DNA of 63,936 bases, counting the filler, from Folioceros fuciformis (taxonomy: Eukaryota): the NCBI GenBank assembly GCA_049999805.1. It is 8 parts of 8 records of this genome, joined end to end, with 100 filler letters (N's around TTAATTAATTAA, not from the genome) between each part and the next. Parts side by side here need not be neighbours in the genome. Positions count along the whole stretch, not along the records: positions 30,572 to 40,059 come from JBNGIO010005318.1; positions 40,160 to 42,324 come from JBNGIO010005319.1; positions 42,425 to 50,494 come from JBNGIO010005320.1; positions 50,595 to 60,347 come from JBNGIO010005322.1; 4 more parts are not named here. The stretch is one strand, 5' to 3'. The notes under the pieces were generated by a model. It searched no databases. It saw nothing but the letters and a program-made list of their open reading frames with translations, and was not told where the DNA came from. How positions within the stretch are numbered: the first letter of the stretch is position 1; each line of letters opens with the position of its first letter. The position numbers were made by a program, and so were the translations under genes. Positions 39,591-51,905 of the stretch are shown here, piece after piece.

Positions 39591-40059
39591 TGAAGGAACG
39601 CTCTAGGAGCTACATGGTGAAGGAGAAGAGAGGAGGAGGCAAGGAGGAGAGGAGAAAGAGAGGTCACACATACAAGAGAGCTCAAGTGGGTATTTATACC
39701 CTCTAGAAGAGCTCCCTAGGAAGCTTCACAAGAAGCCCACAGGAAGCTGAACAAGAAGCTTCCTTGAGATTAGCTTAAGCTAATCTAAACTAATGATACT
39801 TAACTAGACACTAATCTTAGACTAAACACATTAGTCTAGGCACATTGGGCTTTAATAACCCTACAACCGCCCCCTTAAAGGCTAATTACCTTGATAGGAG
39901 AGTGATCTACTTCATACCCATGAGTGTCCGAGCTTGTGCGAATTGCTCCGAAGAGAGCCCCTTGGTGAGAACATCTGCAGGGTTCTGACTGGTGTGAACT
40001 TTGACAAGTTGTACCCTCTTGTCTTCCAACACCTCTCGAATGAAGTGATACTTCACTTC
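39591..40059 (-). mobile_element. Family B 3' LTR, PPT and RNase H end
   Basis: LTR 39591-39865 matches 19278-19568; 39900-40059 is nearly identical to 14580-14740. Confidence 0.93.
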
Positions 40060-40159
40060 NNNNNNNNNNNNNNNNNNNNNNNNNNNNNNNNNNNNNNNNN
40101 NNNTTAATTAATTAANNNNNNNNNNNNNNNNNNNNNNNNNNNNNNNNNNNNNNNNNNNN

Positions 40160-40722
40160 AGCAAGTGGTCAACCTTCTACACTCAATCTGAATGAGATAG
40201 TTGGGGCCCTCTTGCAAGAGGAGCAGAGCCGCCAACGTTCTCACTCTGGTTCACGGCTGCGTGGTGAGAAAGTCCTGTTTGCTGAAAAAGGCAAGAACCA
40301 ATGGAAAGGAAAAGACAAAAGTAAGAAGAATTCTTCAAACACTTCTGGTACCTCTTCCTCCACCACTAAGCGCACAGGTAGTTGCAATTGGTGCCAGATA
40401 CCTAGGCATTGGGAACGTGACTGTAGAAAGAAGAGAGCTAGAGAGCCCAAAAAGATTATTAGGTCATAGGCTCATGTTTCATCTAAGGAAGCCAAATCAC
40501 AGAATGGCCAACAACAACCTCGAAGCAGCAGTTCTGTACTCACAGTTTGCCTGACCTCGACTACAGAGAATACCCAACATTGGTTTGCTGATTCGGGAGC
40601 GACAGTCACTCACGTCTGCAACAACCGACAAATGTTCTCCTCCTTCCACAAACAGCAAACCCCTCAATCAGTCTTTGTGGGTGATGCACGGGGGCATTGA
40701 GGTCAAAGGGACAAGTGAAGTA
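40160..40722 (+). pseudogene. Copia gag knuckle and protease fragment
   Basis: CNWCQIPRHWERDC and WFADSGAT. Confidence 0.85.
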
Positions 40723-41351
40723 GACATACCAAGATTGCAAGAACATGAATTCGATGAATAGTTTAGTAGCGAAGAGTTAGACAAGGTGATTTGTGGATTC
40801 AACGAATGCACCAATAGCAATGTTTTCAAGGTGGTTTTGATGCACAAGGTAGATCTTATTACGCAGCAAGGGAAGCTCTTTGGCCATGGTGCAAAACCAA
40901 CAGCATTCAACTGCTTTTTGGGAGAAAACTAACATTCCACCAAACGCAAAGTTGTGAAGACCTTGGAACACTAAACTATTGGAACTTCAATACCGAATGA
41001 AGCAAACAAGGCGAAATCATCCTTATTCGCAAATCAAGGCTACCTTCTACCTAGAGTGATTAGGCATGAAGCTCTTGTCAAGAAGCATTTGTTTCATTTT
41101 GCAAATTCACCCGTAAATCTCTGTATAAGAAGCCCTTGGGTTTAATGGGCATGTTGGTTAACATGTTTTCTTTTGAGGGTGGCTGGGTTGTAGACGCATG
41201 TGCAGGATCAGGTTCCTTTCTACAGTTTGTAATTCGTAGGGGTAGACATGTAGTCGGAATTTACATCAACGTTAGGTGCACTACTTACATTATGCAGCGA
41301 GTAAATGGGTTAGGGACTTTACTCAACTCAAAGAAAGAGGTCAGCACCTAG
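40723..41351 (+). pseudogene. Beta-class amino (N4C/N6A) DNA methyltransferase relic
   Basis: DIP (motif IV-like) at 40723, WEKTN at 40919, PVN..KKPLGLM..MFSFEGGWVVDACAGSGS..GRHVVGI at 41110-41265; frameshifts and stops present. Confidence 0.7.
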
Positions 41352-42424
41352 TCGTTCTCACGAGGACCTTGAAAATTCTAGGCCAAGGAAGTTTGCTCAG
41401 TTCTCGAATTTGATACCATATTGAAATGCTTAGCATTTCATCCCCAAAATAGCCCTAGCGTTATATTCGTATGGACGAAGATTAAATGACAACCCCCAGT
41501 TGCTATTGAAAATCAAGAGGCAGCGATTCAATAAAAAACATGTTTTCCGTTACATTGAATTTTGTTTTTATTAAAGTCCTATTACTAGGCTTGAATTATG
41601 CTGTTTGGTCAATGTGCCAAACGAGCTTTGTGGAATACGACCGATAGGTGCAAACTTTGTTTGCAACATCAATGTGAACAGTTTGCTAGCTCCAAATGTG
41701 CGCATGTGCTTCAAAAAGTTGTGGAAGTTTGTGGCATACAAACTTATGTGTAGAGTAAGCATAAAGTTGCAGTTTGCATTATGCACATCAATTATGATTG
41801 GAGTCTATGCCACTGGACGTCCTATGGCTCGACTTATAGCAAAGCGGTTGCATGTGTGAGTTTTGAGGTATAAGAAACTCAGGATGAGGAACGGGATGTG
41901 CAAAATGTGAAAATTCCTTGTTTTTGCCTTGTGGAAAGTCTCTACCTTCTCTCTAACCTTTCCAACCCATAAATCAAGCATTTTTTCTAGAGAAATGTCA
42001 CATACAATGTACTTTTTTGGCTGCTCCTAACACTTTCAACCACATGTATGTGAAGTTTGACACCTAAGACCATGTCCTAACTTCTACATAATTTACTACT
42101 CAGTATCTTACAAAAAGATTCCTTATGCCCTTTCTCAAAAACAAAAAAGCAAGAGCTCTTGCCTTAAATGAGCTTAGTCTCTAAAAAGTGGAGTTTGTCT
42201 CCGCTCTTTAGGAGGCTTTGTTTGAAGCCTAAGGGAAAGGGGCCCCAAATTTGCAACTTTCGAGTTTGAGAAGTGTTTAGTTCTGGGGTGGTAAGATTGG
42301 CGAAGCCACGATGATGTATGGGGGNNNNNNNNNNNNNNNNNNNNNNNNNNNNNNNNNNNNNNNNNNNNTTAATTAATTAANNNNNNNNNNNNNNNNNNNN
42401 NNNNNNNNNNNNNNNNNNNNNNNN

Positions 42425-43954
42425 ATCATCGACAAAGATGAGCATGTAGCGATTCCCACCTTGGGTAGAGTTCCGCATGGGCCCACTCACGTCATTGTGG
42501 ACTAATTCCAGCACCTTCTACGCACGATGTGTCGCAGCTTTAGGAAACTTTGTGTGATTTAGCTTCCCCATCTGACATCTTGGGCACAACTATGTTGCAG
42601 TAATCTCCGTCAAATCCAATCCTGTCACGATGTCATGAATCATCATCAGCTTGAGTTTGTCCACTCCAATGTGGCCCACACGCTGATGCCATAAATCGAC
42701 AGACCCATTGTGGTTGTGTGAACTGGCCAGGAACGTACAAGCTTGCTTTCTCATTGAAGCACAAACTTTGTACAGATTTCCCACCACGTGTGACGGCTCA
42801 GGTTGTACAGGTTGAATGCGATAGCCTGCTAAGGTGTAGACGATTTCATGACCTACATCTGCAATCCGCGCAACATAAAGAAGATTCCTCACGAGATTAG
42901 GTGCGTGATGCACATTCTCAATACATGCGGGGTTACCGCCCTGCAACTGAACATGTAAGACTCCTTTCCCCTCGATATCATGTGACGTATTGTCACCGAG
43001 TGCCACTGTATGGTACTTCAGGAGTCTAGTGTAGCCAGTGAACACTTGAAGGTTGTAACTAAAGTGCTGAGATGCATCAGAGTCAAGATAAAGACCCTCA
43101 TCCTTCGTCGATCAAGTAGCTCAATCGCTAGTCACGAAAGATTGTTCCTGATGAGGTTACTTACTCACTTGAATGGCTTAAGAGGATTTCTCCTTCTTCG
43201 ACTTGTTTGCCAACCTGGTTTTACACTCTTTGGCATGATGACCTGACTTCCTGCAATAATAGCAAGATCCTTTCATTGTACAGCTTGTACCATCCTTCTT
43301 CATCTCGTATGTAGACTTGGACTTCGCCTTTGCTTTGCCTTTCTTGGCGAAAAGGATGGCGTCATCAGTCTTCTCTTTGTTGGTTGAAATCTCCAATTCT
43401 TCCTGCAAAAGCAATCCGACCACCTCATACAACGATGGCGGTTTGTCGCTTGAATGCATCGCGACCATTGTCCTGAAGGCCTGCACAAATGGCTTGTAGG
43501 TTGATGGTAAGCTACACGACAACACCATGAGGATCCTTTCGTCGGTCGGTTTGATGGCCTTCATCAGGTCCACTAAGGTCTTTAACTTGTTGACGTGTTG
43601 CTCGATGGTGTCGCCTGCAGCCATCGTGAAGTTTGCAAGTTGTTGTTCCAACAGCATCGAACTTACCATGTTTTTCTTTTCGTATGTATTGCAGAGAGTG
43701 ATCCAAGCTTCTTGTGATGTTGCGCATTCGCTCAATTGAGAGAGAACGTCGTCTAAGACATTCAACAAGATTGTTGCCAGCGCTCGCCCATCTTTGTCGA
43801 GGTCTTTCTCTGTGGGTGCAACATCGAGACCCTTGTCAACGAACTTCCACACTCCCTCCTTAATAAGAAGCATCTTCATCTTCAACTTCCATGAGGTGAA
43901 GTTTTTCCCTCCAAACTTCTCCACCACATGAGTTTCGAGAAGACGTGTCTCCAT
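42425..43954 (-). pseudogene. Copia gag-PR-integrase start (family E)
   Basis: VEKFGGKNFTSWKLKMKMLL, CYYCRKSGHHAKEC, ILTLMH/DSDAS protease region, LWHQRVGHIG and LELVHNDVSGPM. Confidence 0.88.
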
Positions 43955-43959
43955 GTTCT

Positions 43960-45000
43960 CGTCCTTTGCGACCGAATAGGATGACTTCTCTGCACTGTCG
44001 CCGCTGAAAAGGTTGACTTCCCTGCACTGTTGCTGCCAAACACGATGACTTCCCTGGATGACTTCCTTGCCCTGTCGTCGCCGAATAGGATGACTTCCCT
44101 GCCCTGTCGCCGCCGAACACGATGACTTCCCTGCCCTATCACCGCCGAANNNNNNNNNNNNNNNNNNNNNNNNNNNNNNNNNNNNNNNNNNNNNNNNNNN
44201 NNNNNNNNNNNNNNNNNNNNNNNNNNNNNNNNNNNNNNNNNNNNNNNNNTGCACTGTCGCCGCTGAAAAGGTTGACTTCCCTGCACTGTTGCTGCCGAAC
44301 ACGATGACTTCCCTGCCCTATCACCGCCGAACATGATGACTTCCTTGCCCTGTCATCGCCGAACAGGATGACTTCCCTACCCTGTCGTCGCCGAACAGGA
44401 TGACTTCCCTGCCCTGTCGTCGCCAAACAGGATAACTTCCCTGGATGACTTCCCTGCCCTATCGCCGCCGAACAGGATGACTTCCCTGCCCTATCGTCGC
44501 TAAACAGGATGACTTCCCTGCCCTATCGCCGCCGAACAGGATGACTTCCCTGCCCTATCGTCGCCAAACAGGATGACTTCCCTAGATGACTTCCCTGCCC
44601 TATCGCCGCCAAACAGGATGACTTCCTAGCCATGTCGTCACCAAACAAGATGACTTCCATGCCCTGTCGCCACCGAACAAGATGACTTCCCTACCCTGTC
44701 ACCGCCAAATAGGATGACTTTCCTGCCCTGTCACCGCCGAATAGAATGACTTGCCTGAATGACTTTTGTCGCCGCCAAACAAGATGACTTGCCTGAATGA
44801 CTTCTGTCGCCGCCGAACAAGATGACTTGCCTATATGACTTCTGTCGCCGCCAAACAGGATGACTTGCCTAAATTGCCTAAATGACTTCTGTTGCTGCCG
44901 AACAAGATGTCTTCCCTGCACTATCACCAAACTTCACTAACTTGCACAAGGATGACTTCCCTGCACTATCACCAAGCTGCACTAACTTGCAGAAGGTCTT
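43960..45000. repeat. About 32-bp tandem array in the copia 5' leader
   Basis: Many GATGACTTCCCTGCCCTRTCGCCGCCGAACAG units with N gaps. Confidence 0.9.
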
Positions 45001-45249
45001 ACAACTTTCCTGCATTATCACCNNNNNNNNNNNNNNNNNNNNNNNNNNNNNNNNNNNNNNNNNNNNNNNNNNNNNNNNNNNNNNNNNNNNNNNNNNNNNN
45101 NNNNNNNNNNNNNNNNNNNNNNGCACTAACTTGCAGAAGGTCTTACAACTTTCCTGCATTATCACCAAACTATTGCACAAGGTCACCAAACTTCACTAAC
45201 TTGCACAAGGTCTTACAACAGACACATAGTATGTGTCTGCGTAGCCCTA

Positions 45250-45390
45250 TAGCCCTATACACATGCACAACACAATGCAAAGGATGTGGCCCTATACACA
45301 ACACAATGCAAAGGATGTGGCCCTATACACAACANNNNNNNNNNATACACAACACAATGCAAAGGCCCTATACACAACACAATGCAAAGG
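45250..45390. repeat. About 31-bp tandem repeat
   Basis: CCCTATACACAACACAATGCAAAGGATGTGG units. Confidence 0.8.
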
Positions 45391-45659
45391 AAGCGAAGAT
45401 AGTTCTGTGTTCACTGAAGATAGTCCTTGTCCTGCCAGTGAAGATAGTCCTTGTCCTGCATAAGTCAGTGTTGGTGTTTATTGAAGATGTGAAGATAGTC
45501 CTAATTGAAGATGTGAAGATGTGAAGATAGTCCTAGTCCTAGTCCTGCATAAGTCTGTTGGTGTTTACTGACTTATGCAGGACTAGGACTGTCTTCACAT
45601 CTTCAGTGGTGTTCTTTGCAAGCTCTCACGTGCTCCTCTGGCTTATGGAATGTCATCTC

Positions 45660-46494
45660 AGGCAGACCATGGCTGTAAACCCCGTCCACCGTCATGTCTT
45701 GGAGCTCTAGTGTTCTTCCAATTACGGTAGCAGCCTCATCGCCAGTGCTTTTCCTCCCTAACGTCGTGACAGGTGTCTTTGCTGGCGAGTCTCGGGCAAA
45801 CGTGAGTTCAAGAAACGGCGAACATCCAGAATTCCTGCATTGGGGAGCTCGTGCGTGGTGAGGAATCCGTCACATTGCCTAGCAGTCACACCTTTTCTGT
45901 TCAAATATGCAGCGAAAATCCTGGCCGACATCTTCTCACCGAAGGACACCAGCTTCACCTGCGACCTGGGAGAAAGCTCTCTCACTAACTCGATCCCCAT
46001 GAGAAGTTTATGCAACTTGGTGAGCAGCGGGTTTACAACCGATGCATCCACCCTCAGCTCTCACAATTCTCCTTGTGCACGCGCGACACGGACTGAAACA
46101 GATGAGCGAAACCGCGCTCTCCGTGCTCCAACGCATTTTGGCCCGCCTCCATTAACTTTGGCCCTTAAGAGTCTTGCCGATTCATGGATCAGGGCCCGCT
46201 CCTCCGCGAGTTCAAGCAAATCCATTATCATGACCTTCTCTGCGGTACTCGCAGTGCGTACTGGGAGCTGATGCAAACTCCTCGGCGACAGGGTTAAAGT
46301 TTTCTGCTACGATCCTGCACAACCGCGACGGTGAGCAACCGCGGCCTCCTCCCATTGGCCACTCCAGAAGCAGCAAACGCGAGATGTGCGCCATGGTCTG
46401 TTTTTAATTCTGTATTAAAAACAGAATCGAGTGGGCGGCAGACTCGCGACTCGAGAGGGGCTGGTGCGACTAAAAAAGGCGTAGCCGATGCCAC
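45660..46494 (-). pseudogene. Aspartate kinase pseudogene, N-terminal part, intronless
   Basis: ELSPRSQVKLVSFGEKMSARIFAAYLNRKGVTARQ; upstream ASTAEK..LAEER..SA segment; transit-peptide-like start; frameshifts. Confidence 0.8.
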
Positions 46495-47229
46495 CGTTCT
46501 GTAACGACATCCGCCTAGATGCGGACATGTCAGATACGGGCATTCGGCCCGACGTCTGGCGCCTTATATCCAGAATGCACATCAAACAGCATGGTTTTAC
46601 TGCTGCGGCGGGCGCTGTGCTTCCATCTGCGCTTTTGCCGATAGGATACTTCCGTCGGTTGCAACGACAGATTGCCAGGCATCGCAGCGTACAGCTCATG
46701 AGCTACGACNNNNNNNNNNNNNNNNNNNNNNNNNNNNNNNNNNNNNNNNNNNNNNNNNNNNNNNNNNNNNNNNNNNNNNNNNNNNNNNNNNNNNNNNNNN
46801 NNNNNNNNNCTACGACTCGGGAGGCTGATGGCGGCCGAGTCCGGACGCGAGGGCATTCCGTCGACGAGGAGGAAACAAGATCCTCATCTGAAAGAGAGGG
46901 AGGCTGGACCTTGTTTATTCTCTGAGGGGAGGGGAGTCTACAGGCCGGCTGGGCCCGAGGACAGTCTGTCGATCACCCTTCACCTCGAAAAAGGGGCAGG
47001 GCATATAACTCTGATTTTCTGGTACTCTCGGGTCGGCTTCCCTTCTTTCTTGTCCTTGCAACCGAGCTGTACTCCAAGCTGCCCAGGGCTGCCCTCCTGT
47101 GCCCGCAGGGCCGGTTCTCGGTTTCTGCACCATGCCATGCCGGGGATGCCTATGCACTCGTGCACCCCATCCTGAGCCACGCGCGGTGCACTGCCTTGGG
47201 GGCGCGGGCGAAAATCTCATGTGTATGTA

Positions 47230-48483
47230 CAGTCAGACCCATCTAATTGGGACCCTATAAATGGAACCCCTTAAATGGGAGACATGTGTTACATGTCTTC
47301 CAAACATTCAATCTAAATACACTTCTGTAAAGGGAAAATATATATATTAAAAAATAATTGAAGAAATAATTTTATCAAAATTAAATAATAAGTTATTGAG
47401 ATTATGTCAAGTTAAAGGTTATCGAGATTATATCATAAAAAATATAGACAGTCATCGAGATTGAGATTATATATGTAGTAGTTTTGTACACTATGCTTTG
47501 TGATCAGAAGCATTATTCCTAGTACATAAATTGTTTCCTAGTACATAAGTTGTTTCATTATACAAGTTGTCTTATGGTGTTCTAAGTTGTGTTAAGGTGT
47601 TGTAAGTTGTTATTTTGTTGTGAGATATTTTGTATGTGTTCCTTACCCATTCTCTTTAACGTGTAGGAACAATGCTGCCCAAGCCGCCGTGCAAGCATGC
47701 TACTAGATTCCTAAAGATGAGAGACCAAAAATGACATACCATAGAGGTTGGGTTGCTCGCTGGAAGAAAAGATATAATTTTAAACTAATTGTCAGACATA
47801 GAGAGGCAGGAAGTGTTGACAATACAGAAGCAGTGAAGGCAACTATCAAAGAGCTGCAACTTCAAGATCTTGATTATGGAGCTGCAAATATTTTTTTAAT
47901 ATGGATGAGATTGGTCTTTTCTTCAGAGCACCGTTGAATAGGACACTTGCAATAACGTGTATTGCAGGACGAAAGTAGTTCAAGGACCATTTGACAATTG
48001 GACTGACAACAAATGTTGATGGATCTTGCAAGTTGCCACCTTTTGTGATTAACAGATATCTTAGGCCTCATGCTTTTTCTATTATGAATGTTCAAAATCC
48101 CGAGAATTTGAATCTGTAGATAATGCTAGAGGATAGCCAAAATGTTTTTGGAAGAGATGCCGCATAACATAACATGATGCTTTGAAATTACATTCTCATT
48201 TGGAAAAACATATTGCTAGTCATTGGATGAAAGCAACTCATCATCAATTAAGGATTGATGATTATTTTAACCCGGCAAACTAGAATTAGGTTGGCAGCTA
48301 TATAGTATGAGGGAGCATTTTGGATTTTTTGAAAATTTTTAAGCTCTTTCAAATTTTTGATTAAAAAGTTTTTTATTTTTAAATATTTTTATTTAAAAAA
48401 AAGGATGAAAATACCTAAACGGGAACCTCTAAATGGGAGGATTTTTCTACTCCCAATTGTTCCCAATTAGAGGGGTCTGACTG
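47230..48483 (+). mobile_element. pogo/Tigger-type Tc1-mariner DNA transposon, internally deleted
   Basis: 23-bp TIRs CAGTCAGACCC(A/C)TCTAATTGGGA; TA on both flanks; transposase remnants GWVARWKKRY..EAGSVD and NMDETGLFFR. Confidence 0.92.
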
Positions 48484-49342
48484 TACCTGGGCTGCCATCA
48501 ATCGATGTAGGGTATGGGCAGGGTGCTGGTTGATAGCCTTTCATCCTTGCACTGAAGACTGCTTTAAAGCATGGGATCCAAGGTTATCGCTCACTGCCCG
48601 TGAGACTACCGCATGAATGCGTCGGCCGTAGCCTCACATGGGAGACCACCCCGTGATCCAGCATTCAATTCCTTCGAGGATCGATTCGCGACCGAGAATA
48701 GTACTTGGAGGCCTGTCGTTTGCCAGGTAAAGATAGGATCGTAGGACGAGGTTGCGATAACGGCACCCGTTGGTTTTGTGCAGTACATACGCTCAGGCAA
48801 GGATCCAAATCTCTGACCTGTTTGTTCTTGCTTATCGTCATCTGTCACAGACAGAGTAGGCGCTGCAATTGGGATTTCTGTGACCTCGGATTGCTCCGTT
48901 TCAGGGTAACTAGACGACGTTATTACTTCGGTCACAATGAAAGGAGTACGTCCACAAACTGCGTAGTCGTGACGGAGCAACGCAAAATTTTCTTGATATA
49001 GCCAGTATACGATGCTGTAAAATTTGCTTAAACTACAGCTGAGCTGTAGCATTAACAACAGTCCAGCGGGGACTCTGCTCCAGTCAGGCATGCAAGCCAA
49101 GCAATAAGCATTGAGTTAGTCGGTGCTGAAACTCAATGGGAAGACAGTTTTCAACCCATGAGCACGATTCCCTACGCGTACACACTTTTCTGCCCGGGAA
49201 GCTGTGCCTGCTGAGTCAAATCCTCAAGGACCGAGTTCGCCAGACAACTGGCTTCAACATGTCCAGTCTGATATAGGCGCCCCACAACTCCCACAGTATC
49301 GGAGTGAACACTGGGAATCTAGGGCACCACCAGTCTTCAAAC

Positions 49343-50411
49343 TTATGCAGCAGCCTTGGCCGCCGCACGTTTCTTGGCCTCCTCCACAATCGAGAGCTTG
49401 ATACCCTTACCCCTGGGCAAGGTCACCCAAGGCTTGGTTCCCTGCCCGATCGTGAACACGTTACCCATTCTGGTGGCAAACTCGTGACCAGCAGCATCCA
49501 CCACGTGAATGATGTCAAAGCTGCCCTTATGCTTCTCCCGGTGCTTGATGATGCCCACTCTGCCCCTGTTGCGCCCACCAGTCACCATCACTATGTTCCC
49601 GATATCAAACTTGATGAACTCCACCACCTTGCCGGTTTCCAGATTGATCTTAATCGTGTCGTGCACCTTGATCAAGGGATCAGGGTATCTGATAGTGCGC
49701 CCATCAAAAGTGGAGACGTAGGGCACACCCTTGTCACCAAACTGAGCTGCGCGGACCTTGCACAGCTTGTACTGTGATGGCACACAGTCACTTCGTCAGT
49801 TGAACACAACCAAACCACCAAAATGACAGGTGAGCCCTGGCACACCGAGCTGCATACCTTCGCCTCCTCAAGGCTGATCGAGTGGAGAGTGAAGCGACCC
49901 TTGCTGTCGTACAGCAGCCTGAAATTCTCACCAGTCTTGGCGATAGAAATAACATCTGCAGAGGAATCCAAGTAACATCGTCATGGGTCGTCGCCCTGCG
50001 ATTTTAACAGGGCCTACGACATTGTGTACGAGACTGACACCCTCACTTACCCATGAATCCAGCTGGATAACACTTGTCTGTCCGCACCTTGCCATCGATA
50101 GAAATAAGCCGTTGCATAACAATTGCCACGACTTCCCTGTAAGTAAGGGCATACTTCAACCTGTTTCGCAACATCACAACCAGGGGCAAACATTCCCTCT
50201 CCTTGTGCGGCCCAGATGATGGCTTGGGGGCCTGAGGGACAGCAGCAGCAGTCAATAACCTAACATAGCGGGTATTTTCGAACAAGCCACATCCGAGCTC
50301 AACAACAAAAAGAGAAAGCCAGGAAGAACTTACAAAGGCGCCCCCAAGCTTGTCGAGCATCCAGTGCTTCGGTGCATTCAGCCGCTTCAGATGCTTCTTC
50401 AAACCACGAGC
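49343..50411 (-). CDS. RPS4: 40S ribosomal protein S4 (eS4); ATG exon beyond the contig end
   Basis: [49 protein letters not shown] and [11 protein letters not shown] over four GT-AG exons. Confidence 0.96.
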
Positions 50412-51817
50412 CTGCAATAAAGAAAATCAAGCCATTCAGCGCATCGCAGGGTGGAAGACTGGATGTAAACAACGTCAACCACACGGCCGAGGTCNNNNNN
50501 NNNNNNNNNNNNNNNNNNNNNNNNNNNNNNNNNNNNNNTTAATTAATTAANNNNNNNNNNNNNNNNNNNNNNNNNNNNNNNNNNNNNNNNNNNNCATCGA
50601 CCCCGCTCGCTTGCAAGCATTCCGCCATGTTGACGCCCGCGCCGGTCTCCCCATGCGCTCGCCCGCTTCCACCTGGCGACCAAACCCGCAAGTCACAGTG
50701 TCACCAGAGATGCCCAGCCTGCCCGCAGCTGCGGCTGTAGCTGCTTTGCAAGCACGATGCGCAGATGGCAGGATTGACAAGAGCCTGAGCCTCGAGCACG
50801 AAGCGCAAACAGGCCTAGGATAGACAGAGATGAGAGATTTGTGTGCCCAGACGTGTCAAGGCAAGAAGCAGGCAGGGAAAGGGGATGAAACGCACAGTAG
50901 TCCGCACATGTAGATTCACAGCAGCAGTCGGAGAGGAGGAGCAGGCCACATGGCAGCCGAACTGGCAGTGGGGCACTGGAACAGGGACTGGCCGGCAGCA
51001 CCTCGACCTGCAGGCGCACGGGGGGGTGTATCGCACCGCATCTAAACGCCTCCGCCTCCGCGTCCGCCGCCACCCTTGTACCCCTGGACTGGCCCCCTGC
51101 GGCTCTTCCCCTCAGGCTGCCAGAAGACAAAATCTAATCCGGACCGAAGCCAAGCCAAGCCAAGCCAAGGCGACTGACAGAATCCCGATTTCGGATGAGC
51201 ACACAATCACGCGCAACGTAGCCTTCCTCCCAAATTTACACGCTCGCTACCGGTAGCCCATAACCTCGCAGCCGCAGCACACCAAATTGCGGTGGCGGGA
51301 CCGGCCATCCTTTTTTTGGGCCTCCGGAGTTAAACCAGTTATGTTATGTTAAGTTATGTATATCGCGTCCGCACGAGCTACACGGCATGGCATCGAGCCT
51401 TAAAAGCCCAGCTGCGACGTGCAACCTGCGACCCGCGCTGCCCAAGCGAAACCCACGGGATTTGCACATGCCTTTGGCATGCTCTACCACTGTGTCATCC
51501 AGTTGTGACTACACTACGTTTGCTCATGCCCCGAATCCAGCCGCCGCTAGCCTCTCTTTCCCTTTCCCTCTCCCTCGCCTGGGACTGCACTTCGCCTCAT
51601 ACATGGTGGAATCCAGGAGGCTGGACGCTGGAGTGGACTCCATATAGTGCAGTCACCCCATCAAACATTTGTAATCGGCCCGCGGGAGAAGGTTCCGTGT
51701 GCTCCATCATCAGACACGTTCACTACCTGCAACGCAGGTTGAGGCCGAGACTGTCACGACTCCCTAGTCCTCTAGCAGTGGCACCTCTAGGAAGGAAGGG
51801 CCAAGGGCTCCCGAGTT

Positions 51818-51905
51818 CGAGTGCGAGTGCGAGTGCGAGTGCGAGTGCGAGTCCGAGTGCGAGTGCGAGTGCGAGTGCGAGTGCGAGTCCGAGTCCGAGT
51901 CCGAG
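51818..51905. repeat. (GAGTGC/GAGTCC)n microsatellite
   Basis: Hexamer tandem run. Confidence 0.95.

Noticed and set aside
46488-46925. ORF divergent from the aspartate kinase relic
   Set aside because: Spans an N gap and has no recognisable motif
48606-49100. 164-aa ORF downstream of RPS4
   Set aside because: No recognisable domain or supporting gene structure
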